A stretch of 30,199 nt of DNA from a virus (taxonomy: Duplodnaviria > Caudoviricetes). Shown one piece after another: positions 23,553 to 30,199 of the stretch. The notes below the pieces were generated by a model. The model saw nothing but the letters and a program-made list of their open reading frames with translations. It did not search any database and was not told the DNA's origin. The DNA is taken from IMG/VR virus record IMGVR_UViG_3300049854_000037, positions 1-30,199 of that record; one strand, 5' to 3'. Both the position numbers and the translations under genes were made by a program. Position 1 is the first letter of the stretch, and every line of letters begins with the position of its first letter.

Positions 23553-23669
23553 CTAAAACTGGTCCTTCATAGCGGCCTGCTCGAACGGTGTGAAGCGCTC
23601 TTTGCGTTCTCTCTGCCGCACCAATATCATCTTCCGCAACCGGGCAAGCTTTCTTTCCTTATAGTCCAT
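23553..23669 (-). CDS. 38-aa basic peptide
   Basis: Not in the ORF track. GGAG RBS, MDYKERKLARLRKMILVRQRERKERFTPFEQAAMKDQF*. Confidence 0.5.
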   Translation of the reverse strand: MDYKERKLARLRKMILVRQRERKERFTPFEQAAMKDQF

Positions 23670-23678
23670 ATTACTCCG

Positions 23679-24134
23679 TTAAACTTTGAATCGGGCGATA
23701 ACATTAGGCATACATCGGGCTACCCTTTGATAGTCAACTTCCGTGTCTTTGTACTCACTATTTTTTAGGAAGAATCCTTCAAATCCCGGCAGGCTCGGCA
23801 GGCAGTGCAAGTGGGTGAATTCATGGGGTAGAAATTCGTATCTTTCCCCACTTGGACAATACCATACCCCAATCCACCAGGGCTGTTCTTGATCCTCAGC
23901 ATGTTTAACTATTTCCAAGTCCACGAACTCCGGCTTGGGCGGCTCAGGCTGGTAGTCGGGATTGATGGCGTAAGTACACTCAGAGGAAAAACCCTTGCGC
24001 TTCGGCTGGATGAAATTTTTGCCGTCATAATACAAACAATTCTCCGTGCCAGCTTTCTCGAAACCTTCCCGTTCATCATTAAATAATAGTCCAAACGCTG
24101 TTTTGTTCTTTTTGAGTTTTTCAATCATATCCAT
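23679..24134 (-). CDS. Hypothetical protein
   Basis: Start MDMIEK at 24134 after AAGGAG. Confidence 0.7.
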   Translation of the reverse strand: MDMIEKLKKNKTAFGLLFNDEREGFEKAGTENCLYYDGKNFIQPKRKGFSSECTYAINPDYQPEPPKPEFVDLEIVKHAEDQEQPWWIGVWYCPSGERYEFLPHEFTHLHCLPSLPGFEGFFLKNSEYKDTEVDYQRVARCMPNVIARFKV

Positions 24135-24290
24135 TTCGCTTCTCCTTAAAAAATGTTTCATCAATAATAGGCGGCGGGGGCATCCGGCGACGAGCCGGTC
24201 TATGGGATTAACTCTGCCAAGTAAAACTTTTTATAGCATTGTCCCCGCCGCCGGGGTATCAATCTGGCATAGGCGATCCACCTCCTTTCG

Positions 24291-24608
24291 TTAGGCGGCC
24301 TTTTCGTCGCCATCTTCTTTGATTTTGACTAACTCATCTCTTGGCGTTACGGTGATAGTAAAACCGTCGAGCTTGAATTTGATTTTCCCATCATCAAGTC
24401 GTTGCAGGTGCTCAGCGTCAATGAGTTCGAGAAGTTTGTGTTTTTCGGCCACTTCCTCCGCAAGCGCATCAACCCTCTTTGCCAGCGCCGACCTGTACAA
24501 CTTGGCATGTTTAATAATCTCTTTGGAGTTTTTTGGCCCTACATCGATCAGGTCCATCTGTTCGCCCTTCTCAACTTCCTTTTGCATCGAGTCGTTCTTC
24601 TTTGCCAT
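24291..24608 (-). CDS. Hypothetical phage protein (helical plus beta C-terminus)
   Basis: Start MAKKND at 24608 after AAAGGAAG. Confidence 0.7.
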   Translation of the reverse strand: MAKKNDSMQKEVEKGEQMDLIDVGPKNSKEIIKHAKLYRSALAKRVDALAEEVAEKHKLLELIDAEHLQRLDDGKIKFKLDGFTITVTPRDELVKIKEDGDEKAA

Positions 24609-24634
24609 AGTGACACTTCCTTTCGTTTGGTTTA

Positions 24635-25093
24635 TTATGTATTGCATTTCTTCAACAACATCTCTCGTTGTTGTTCTGATACCGATTGGGTTTCTTTCTC
24701 TTTTTCAAAATCCTTCTCTGTAATTTCTTCCACCTTTGGTATCCATCGTTCAAGTTTGCCGCCGCGATTAACCTTTCTTTTTGTCCACGACCACAACTCT
24801 ATCTTGCCGCCAGCCCTTAGCCAGGGCAGGGAGTAATCATTGGCGATAATCTTGTCCCAATGTTCTTTGCGGCCGCTCGTGCAGGCTTGGATTGCCACGA
24901 TACAGTCGGTGTCGATTGCCATAATATCAATAAAGCCGAAGGCGTCGCGCCGGGTCCCTGACGGCATACCAGGCATCGGCTTGGCGTTTGGTCCTCCATA
25001 ACTTACCCACTGTTCTAATTTCTCAACGAACCGACCTTGCTCGCGACATGCTCTTAGCGTTCTCTGGACGCTTGATAATCCTCGCTTAGCCAT
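24635..25093 (-). CDS. PD-(D/E)XK-type nuclease, Holliday-junction-resolvase-like
   Basis: RRDAFGFIDIMAI....VAIQ.CT motif and W...GG.IELW.W. Located downstream of the replication genes. Confidence 0.7.
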   Translation of the reverse strand: MAKRGLSSVQRTLRACREQGRFVEKLEQWVSYGGPNAKPMPGMPSGTRRDAFGFIDIMAIDTDCIVAIQACTSGRKEHWDKIIANDYSLPWLRAGGKIELWSWTKRKVNRGGKLERWIPKVEEITEKDFEKEKETQSVSEQQREMLLKKCNT

Positions 25094-25334
25094 CCTTCTT
25101 GACTCCTTTCAGGATTCCCTCAAAATACGCCACATCTTTTGCGTACCGGCTGGCGGGATGATTCCCAACTCCAGCCCATAATGCATTGCTTATTGACAAT
25201 GCCCCTTTTACAGCCGTTTCCAGTTTCTCGATTCGCAGTTCTTTGGTTTCAAGTTCGGCTTGAAGTTGTTTAACTTCATCAAGTATATTATTGACTACAA
25301 TATTGCATTGATCACAAACATCATTTTCGCTCAT
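25086..25334 (-). CDS. Hypothetical coiled-coil protein
   Basis: 82 aa, translationally coupled. Confidence 0.6.
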   Translation of the reverse strand: MSENDVCDQCNIVVNNILDEVKQLQAELETKELRIEKLETAVKGALSISNALWAGVGNHPASRYAKDVAYFEGILKGVKKDG

Positions 25335-25528
25335 TAGCCACCTTCTTTCAGGGCTTGCTCAAAACCGCAATCGCATTCCCGTCTCGTTAGACCCATTCCT
25401 ATAGTATTTCTATCTTGATTATGTGATTCGCAGCACTTATTATGCGAACCGTATTTTCTTAATGCCTTTTTCAGCCGGATGATTTCGTCCCTCAATTCGT
25501 TAATGATTTGCTGCTTTGATTTTGCCAT
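25334..25528 (-). CDS. Small hypothetical protein with an H...C...CDCG motif
   Basis: 64 aa, AGGAGG RBS, TAATG coupling. Confidence 0.65.
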   Translation of the reverse strand: MAKSKQQIINELRDEIIRLKKALRKYGSHNKCCESHNQDRNTIGMGLTRRECDCGFEQALKEGG

Positions 25529-25950
25529 TAGTCACCTCCTGTTAAAAGTTTCGGCATTTTTGCCGTTTCTAAAAGATTTACATTCATCGGAAGAGCCATA
25601 AAATCGGCCACCGTGGACCCGTCTGGCAATGCCATCATTGATAGAAATTGGTCCTCGAACGATATGCCACCTTCTTCTATTTCCTCCAATTTCATTTTCA
25701 AGGACATATACATGATTCGCCATCGCTGTCTGACCGCTTGCTCATATTTTGATTGCGTTGAATAATTATCTCTGGCAGGCATAGTTACATTACGCCTGTA
25801 AATTCTGCCTTTGTATTTAAATCCTATCCCATCACCTCTTGGGCTCGTACCCCAGAACATCTCCTCAATTCCGAAGTCTCTTAAAGCCTTCTCAATCTGC
25901 TGTTTACTTCTTATCATTGGAACTATAGTTTTATTTGCGTATCTCGCCAT
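25528..25950 (-). CDS. Conserved phage hypothetical protein
   Basis: YA..T.V...RS..QIE..L..FG and EQA.RQRWR......K.KLE....G..FEDQFL....LPDG.TV patterns. Confidence 0.75.
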   Translation of the reverse strand: MARYANKTIVPMIRSKQQIEKALRDFGIEEMFWGTSPRGDGIGFKYKGRIYRRNVTMPARDNYSTQSKYEQAVRQRWRIMYMSLKMKLEEIEEGGISFEDQFLSMMALPDGSTVADFMALPMNVNLLETAKMPKLLTGGD

Positions 25951-25971
25951 TCGTCACATCCTTTCAAATCT

Positions 25972-26262
25972 TTATCGCTTCGCCGATTCGCACCGGCTTT
26001 TTCGCCTCGCCAGTGTATTGTAAACACTGTGTATACTGGCGATGTTTTCCGCCTCGGCTACTGTGAAGCACCGCAGTAATTGTGTATATTCTCGAAGTCT
26101 GTCTCTCTCCGCCGGCGTTACCTGGCTGCCGGCAAGCAACTCTCTGATTCTCACGCACAACCGCTTAGTTTCCGCAGGCGAGATAATACCCCTCAACTGG
26201 CTATTCCTGACAGATAGCCATCCCATGACTTCCCGTACGTATGGACAGCGTTCATATGTCAT
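25972..26262 (-). CDS. Hypothetical protein (96 aa)
   Basis: ATG at 26262 overlaps the methyltransferase stop (ATGA). Confidence 0.5.
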   Translation of the reverse strand: MTYERCPYVREVMGWLSVRNSQLRGIISPAETKRLCVRIRELLAGSQVTPAERDRLREYTQLLRCFTVAEAENIASIHSVYNTLARRKSRCESAKR

Positions 26263-27293
26263 TGGAATAATCCCATTAAAGTCCTGATTGCTTTTTCTGC
26301 ACATTGATGGACGACGCCGTTGCCGAGGAGTCTAAGTCTGTCCACCCGGCAGGAAGTCCCATTAACTGCTCCACCCACGCCGGATTGAGTTTTCTCGGCG
26401 CACATTTCAGGTCGATGCTCAAGTCGCTGTGTTGCCCGCCGGCGCCCCTGTCCGGTATGTTCGGCGTTGCCCACAACTCTCGGCTCTTCCCATTCGTACT
26501 GAGGTTCTCCAGGTCGGGCAGGCCAACGGCATTGCTCAGCCTGTCTTTCGGAGAGTGTAATCCCCTCTGGCTCATGCCCTTGTATTCGCTGAATTGCGGC
26601 GTCGGCCACAACTGGACGCTGCTCTGCAAGTCTATCCCACCCGATTCCGGCCTGTGCGTTTTGGAGTATTCCGGGCCTCGTTCCGGGATGTTCGGCGTCG
26701 GCCAGTTGACCATATCGTTCAAGTCTGCTCCGAATCCTCTGCAATTGCCTTCCCTTTTGCCTTTCCAGTCTCTGTTCGTTGTCGTGGGCCAGGATAAACA
26801 ATCGTTGCCGTTTGTGGGGTGCGCCGCACTCTGCCGCCGTAAACAGTCCAGCCTCAACCGAATAACCCATACCTCGTAAGTTGCAATAAACTTCGGGGAA
26901 TCCGAGGCTAAGGTGTCCGGGGACGTTCTCGAAGATGCACCAAACAGGTCTAATTGTCTCGATGATTCGTGCAATATGTGGCCAAAGGTGTCGGGGATCG
27001 TCGGTTCCCTGCCGCTTGCCGGCGACGCTGAACGGCTGGCACGGATAGCCCGCAAGGATGAAATCAAAGCATCCTCGAAATCGTTCTGCCGGGAAGGTTC
27101 GCAAATCCGGCCACAGAGCCTCAATAGCCAATTTACCCTCCTCAGCCTTTGCGACCAGGTTCGCCAGGGCGTAAGCTTCGATCTCCACAGCAACGACTCG
27201 CAGAGGGTTCGCCAGTACGCTGGCCAGTCCGAGTTCGAGACCTCCGTAGCCTGAACAAAGCGATAGAACTGTGATGACTTCGGTATTATCCAC
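26259..27293 (-). CDS. DNA (cytosine-5)-methyltransferase, main (alpha) chain
   Basis: Motif I SLCSGYGG, IV GYPCQPFS.AG, VI FENV.G, VIII PH.RQRLF and X RLRLLGNGVV. Probable GTG start at 27293. Motif IX is absent from this frame. Confidence 0.9.
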   Translation of the reverse strand: MDNTEVITVLSLCSGYGGLELGLASVLANPLRVVAVEIEAYALANLVAKAEEGKLAIEALWPDLRTFPAERFRGCFDFILAGYPCQPFSVAGKRQGTDDPRHLWPHIARIIETIRPVWCIFENVPGHLSLGFPEVYCNLRGMGYSVEAGLFTAAECGAPHKRQRLFILAHDNEQRLERQKGRQLQRIRSRLERYGQLADAEHPGTRPGILQNAQAGIGWDRLAEQRPVVADAAIQRIQGHEPEGITLSERQAEQCRWPARPGEPQYEWEEPRVVGNAEHTGQGRRRATQRLEHRPEMCAEKTQSGVGGAVNGTSCRVDRLRLLGNGVVHQCAEKAIRTLMGLFQ

Positions 27294-27295
27294 AT
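26276..27295 (-). CDS. Alternative-frame partner (beta chain) of the C5 methyltransferase
   Basis: 339-aa ORF overlapping the MTase gene. Four W(P/A)T(P/T) repeats and a motif-IX-like KLNPAWVEQLMGLPAGWT. Confidence 0.7.
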   Translation of the reverse strand: MWIIPKSSQFYRFVQATEVSNSDWPAYWRTLCESLLWRSKLTPWRTWSQRLRRVNWLLRLCGRICEPSRQNDFEDALISSLRAIRASRSASPASGREPTIPDTFGHILHESSRQLDLFGASSRTSPDTLASDSPKFIATYEVWVIRLRLDCLRRQSAAHPTNGNDCLSWPTTTNRDWKGKREGNCRGFGADLNDMVNWPTPNIPERGPEYSKTHRPESGGIDLQSSVQLWPTPQFSEYKGMSQRGLHSPKDRLSNAVGLPDLENLSTNGKSRELWATPNIPDRGAGGQHSDLSIDLKCAPRKLNPAWVEQLMGLPAGWTDLDSSATASSINVQKKQSGL

Positions 27296-28137
27296 TTATT
27301 CTCTTTCCTCTTGTGTAGTTCGCATCGGTAGTAATCCAGGCCGTAATCATTGACGTATTTATGTATCGCAGGCTCGCCACACTGATTTCCGTCCGATTTC
27401 GAGCTGCAATAATGACCCTGGCAGTCGAACGGTTGCTTTGCCTTACTGGTGCGACTGCCGCCGCGCTCCTGCGTTCTGCGCAGCCAGTTCGTCAAATATC
27501 TACGCACCTGTTTTTTGCGTTTGGTGGGATTATCAATTAGCCATTGGCAAGCGGATTTGATTTCTTGCCGTACATCGACAGCGGGAAAAGCTTCAGACCA
27601 ATCGAGATAGTCCTGGTCGGTTAGTCCGGTCAGTGTTCGATTTTCATAATCGAACCAGACAAGAATACTATGTCTTTTAGTATTCTTTAACTCTGCTTCT
27701 GCTTCTGCTTCTGTATGGGCTAACTGTGGTTTACATTGGTTTACATTGTTTACATTGTTTACAGGATTGTTTACATGATGCTTTCGGTAATCCTGCATAT
27801 ATTGTCGCATGTACTCTTTACGTTCATCCATATCCCGTACTTTTCGGTATTTTGCATAATTCAACAAAATCCATCCGCCATCAACTTTGGCTATGCGTTT
27901 ACCGTCGTAATCGGGAGTTCTGCTATCGGGGTCGGGGGATTCGAGTTTATTTATTGCTATGCGTGTCTTTTTGACGGAGATTCGGGCAATGTTGGCGATG
28001 CCGGGAACTGTGCCGTCAACAAAGCCTTCTGGGTCCGCAAGAGCCAGTAAGGTAATCCAGACGACCTTTGTTTCAGGGTCTTCCTGCCAGATCGTCGATG
28101 TGACTATACTGCTAAATAACTTCGTGAATCCGTTCAT
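27286..28137 (-). CDS. Phage replication initiator / replisome-organiser-like protein
   Basis: FTKLFSSI..STIW.E....KVVWITLLALAD..G.V winged-helix-type N-terminus, LLNY.KYR, low-complexity linker, and C-terminal W..AFPAVD...W...NP...K....Y..NWL.R domain. Confidence 0.8.
   Translation of the reverse strand: MNGFTKLFSSIVTSTIWQEDPETKVVWITLLALADPEGFVDGTVPGIANIARISVKKTRIAINKLESPDPDSRTPDYDGKRIAKVDGGWILLNYAKYRKVRDMDERKEYMRQYMQDYRKHHVNNPVNNVNNVNQCKPQLAHTEAEAEAELKNTKRHSILVWFDYENRTLTGLTDQDYLDWSEAFPAVDVRQEIKSACQWLIDNPTKRKKQVRRYLTNWLRRTQERGGSRTSKAKQPFDCQGHYCSSKSDGNQCGEPAIHKYVNDYGLDYYRCELHKRKENKCG
27729..27775. repeat. Five GTTTACA direct repeats; candidate iterons/origin
   Basis: Copies at 27729, 27739, 27748, 27757 and 27769 inside the initiator gene. 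Confidence 0.7.
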
Positions 28138-28792
28138 TCTCGCTTCCCTGCCTTAAATATTCCTTAAACTCAATTCTCCATACCCACCAGTTAGTGTCCC
28201 ACGTATAGCCTCGCTTGGCGTAGATGGATTCCCAGAGGTCGACATATTTCTGCCGTGCCATTTCAAAACAGGTACAGTTTTTTTCTGATGGACATGGATT
28301 TTGCAATCTTATTCCTTCAAGTAAAATTTCTGAAAAATTTATATCCCACAACCACTCTATACTTATACTAACAATCTCATCCCACGACCCGGCCGCCCAC
28401 TTCGGCATGAATCGCGGTGACCGCCAATCACATCCCTTATCTGTTTTGTAAACAAGCCGATCCCATTCCTCCCAATAAGGCTCTGCCACATGCAGTATAG
28501 ATTTTCGACCATCATCGACGCCGCAATACGACATTGGAGTATCGCCATCGGCTTTGTATATGATATTTCGTTCCGTACCGCCGCCCGTGCATCGCCATCC
28601 CTCTTTTATCCAGAGCAAATCGCCGACCTGCCAGTTCTTTTTCGGGTCCGACAGGCAAGAATAATCAGGCCGACCGGCATTATCGAAAACCTCCGGTTGA
28701 GGAAGAATTAACCGCCGAGTCACGGACTTTCGGCCTTCCCTTCTTGCCCTGATCATTTCCTGTGTATAGGAAATTGGATGTTCTTTACGCAT
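28112..28792 (-). CDS. ASCH/PUA-like phage protein
   Basis: Start MRKEHPISY..EMIRA..EGRKSVTRR, with GDLLWIKE.W, WRSPRFMPKWA and N.WVW.IEF motifs. Confidence 0.8.
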   Translation of the reverse strand: MRKEHPISYTQEMIRARREGRKSVTRRLILPQPEVFDNAGRPDYSCLSDPKKNWQVGDLLWIKEGWRCTGGGTERNIIYKADGDTPMSYCGVDDGRKSILHVAEPYWEEWDRLVYKTDKGCDWRSPRFMPKWAAGSWDEIVSISIEWLWDINFSEILLEGIRLQNPCPSEKNCTCFEMARQKYVDLWESIYAKRGYTWDTNWWVWRIEFKEYLRQGSENERIHEVI

Positions 28793-28916
28793 TGTCTTTT
28801 TCCTCAAAACTGGCAGGCGGTTCGGGCCGAGAGGAAGGGTGTGCCTTCGCCGCCTGCCCTGCGATATAAGTTTTACAAAGAACTCACTTTCGATTTCCGA
28901 ACGAACCTTCTCGGCG

Positions 28917-29324
28917 TCAAAATGGTATATTATCTGGATCATCCATCGGTTTAACTTGCGATTTGGCCGGTTCGTTATACAGACTATCTTCTTTTTGTCC
29001 CGTAGGTATGAAGACGAAATTCTCCACGTTGACTTTGTGTTTGGATCGTTTCGAGCCGTCTTGCGCTACCCATGTATCGAACATCAAACGGCCCTCCACG
29101 AGTAACGGCTGGCCCTTCTTGCAATATTTGGTAATCACCTCGGCACGCTTGCCAAACATAATACAGTCGATGAATAGTGCCTCTTCCTTTTTACTGCCGT
29201 CCTGTGCCGTCCAGGAGCGATTTACGGCCATGCCAAAAGTTACTACAGCCGTTTGGCTTGGCGTGTATGATAGTTCGGGATCGCGGGTCAAATTGCCTGC
29301 TAAAATCACTTTGTTAAAGTTCAT
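28917..29324 (-). CDS. ssb: Single-stranded DNA-binding protein
   Basis: NKVILAGNLTRDPEL.YTP, KG..LLVEGRL....W...DG.KRS, and acidic tail DNIPF. Confidence 0.95.
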   Translation of the reverse strand: MNFNKVILAGNLTRDPELSYTPSQTAVVTFGMAVNRSWTAQDGSKKEEALFIDCIMFGKRAEVITKYCKKGQPLLVEGRLMFDTWVAQDGSKRSKHKVNVENFVFIPTGQKEDSLYNEPAKSQVKPMDDPDNIPF

Positions 29325-29737
29325 TAAATTCTCCTTAAATCGGGGTCGGGCGGGTAAACCGGCCAGCCCTCGGTAATTGATTTCGATAAGATATTTTCTA
29401 TGAATTCCGTTATCTGCTTTTTTCCTTTATTGGCAATGGATTCCGGCCGCCAGTAAACCATGTCACCATAGGTATATTTGGGGACTTTGAATATCTCGCT
29501 GCCGCACTCGATTTTAAGCCTGTAGTCCCATTCATCGACAGTATCTCCGTTCCAATCCGACAATCCCTTGAGGCATACACCCTTGTACCAGCGTCTCTGC
29601 CGGTCGGTTATGGCCTCCTCTTCATTTAAGACGGATATGACAAAATGAGGAAACTTTGCCGCCTCAAGTTGAATCGCAGGCCACTGGGTCAGTGGGACTC
29701 CATTCTCATCAGTTCGTCCTTGAAAGTGCTTCGCCAT
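29324..29737 (-). CDS. NinB/Orf-like recombination accessory protein
   Basis: T.RQRRWY.GV....LS...G....E....LK...S.......EFIE.I.......P.PDP pattern, located between ERF and SSB. Confidence 0.55.
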   Translation of the reverse strand: MAKHFQGRTDENGVPLTQWPAIQLEAAKFPHFVISVLNEEEAITDRQRRWYKGVCLKGLSDWNGDTVDEWDYRLKIECGSEIFKVPKYTYGDMVYWRPESIANKGKKQITEFIENILSKSITEGWPVYPPDPDLRRI

Positions 29738-30198
29738 TACGCCGCCTTATTCTCTTTGATAATCGTGTCCGGCTTGATTTTCTTGGCAAACTCAGCCGCC
29801 GATTCTTTCGTCCAGACAAACAACTTCCGCTTTGCCGGATTGAGTTTCATAAAGAATTCCCGAAGTTGTTTCTTGAACTCTTCCAAATCCCAATCATAGT
29901 GTTCCGGGAGCATATCGGAGCGTTCGGTCGTATAATCAAAAAAGCATTGCTCGACTATCGCTGTAACGTCAACTACGTCTTTGGGTGGGTCGATTGTTTT
30001 AGGCGGGTCGAAGTTGGCAGGTCCCTCTTTGGCTCCATTTGAGACCTTTCCTCTTGCCGTTGCGCCTTCGGCGTCATCATCTTCGGTAGGCAACCCAAGT
30101 ATCGCCTGCAAGGCATATCGCTTGGAATAAGTCACTCCCGAACCGAAAGCCTGTGGGTCATCTGGCTTTTTACAAAATACCGGCGTCCTTGTGCTGAG
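29737..30198 (-). CDS. erf: ERF-family single-strand annealing protein (N-terminus outside the window)
   Basis: The frame stays open to the window edge. PQAFGSGVTYSKRYALQAILGLPTEDDDA is the ERF signature. Confidence 0.85.
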   Translation of the reverse strand, partial: LSTRTPVFCKKPDDPQAFGSGVTYSKRYALQAILGLPTEDDDAEGATARGKVSNGAKEGPANFDPPKTIDPPKDVVDVTAIVEQCFFDYTTERSDMLPEHYDWDLEEFKKQLREFFMKLNPAKRKLFVWTKESAAEFAKKIKPDTIIKENKAA

Positions 30199-30199
30199 A

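Larger units (their letters stand above)
1..30199. mobile_element. Tailed phage/prophage genome segment with BPP-1/epsilon15-like podovirus gene order
   Basis: TerS-TerL-GNAT-portal-scaffold-capsid-cement-tail adaptor order plus ERF/SSB/initiator. Genes are densely coupled by ATGA/TAATG overlaps and no host housekeeping genes are present. Confidence 0.95.

Noticed and set aside
26304-26879. 191-aa plus-strand ORF opposite the dual-coded MTase (triple coding?)
   Set aside because: No motifs or clear RBS. It is explained by stop-codon depletion in a GC-rich dual-coding region.
27294-27380. N-terminal extension of the C5 MTase in the ORF track
   Set aside because: It overlaps the initiator gene. 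The GTG at 27293 places motif I near the N-terminus as expected.
27729-27775. CRISPR-like array
   Set aside because: The 7-bp units with 2-5 bp gaps inside a CDS have no repeat-spacer architecture, and no cas genes are present.
28793-28942. 50-aa N-terminal extension of the ASCH-like ORF
   Set aside because: It covers an intergenic stem-loop. The family motif begins at the ATG at 28792, which has its own GAGG RBS.
1-30199. Alternative genetic code or stop-codon reassignment
   Set aside because: Core genes (TerL, portal, capsid, SSB) are full length in the standard code, and TAA, TAG and TGA all terminate coupled genes.
1-30199. Assignment of host taxon or temperate lifestyle
   Set aside because: No integrase, repressor, att site or host gene is in view. 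Only a diderm host is suggested, by the barrel-like protein.

Overview
This window is a ~30 kb internal piece of a tailed dsDNA phage or prophage. It has podovirus gene order like Bordetella phage BPP-1 and Salmonella phage epsilon15, and the host is probably diderm. Almost all genes are on the minus strand. Read from the right end, the order is as follows. First comes a recombination/replication module: ERF-type annealing protein, NinB-like gene, SSB, ASCH protein and a replication initiator with internal iteron-like repeats. Next are a dual-frame C5 cytosine methyltransferase, a resolvase-like nuclease and a radical SAM protein. A plus-strand island follows, with its own sigma70 promoter, a structured leader and a Dam-type methyltransferase. 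The late module then runs: outer-membrane barrel-like gene, TerS, TerL, GNAT, an accessory insert, portal, scaffold, major capsid, Bbp16-like cement, and the start of a tail tubular/adaptor gene at the left edge. The most unusual part is a ~9.2 kb block between the cement and tail-adaptor genes. It encodes two giant fibre/beta-helix proteins with classical Sec-type signal peptides, a lipoprotein, a micro membrane peptide, a membrane-anchored protein and a tandem pair of paralogues, so it looks like an exported module inside the virion-assembly operon. No integrase, repressor, endolysin, CRISPR array, tRNA or reverse transcriptase is visible. All family calls come from motif recognition by eye, not from database searches.
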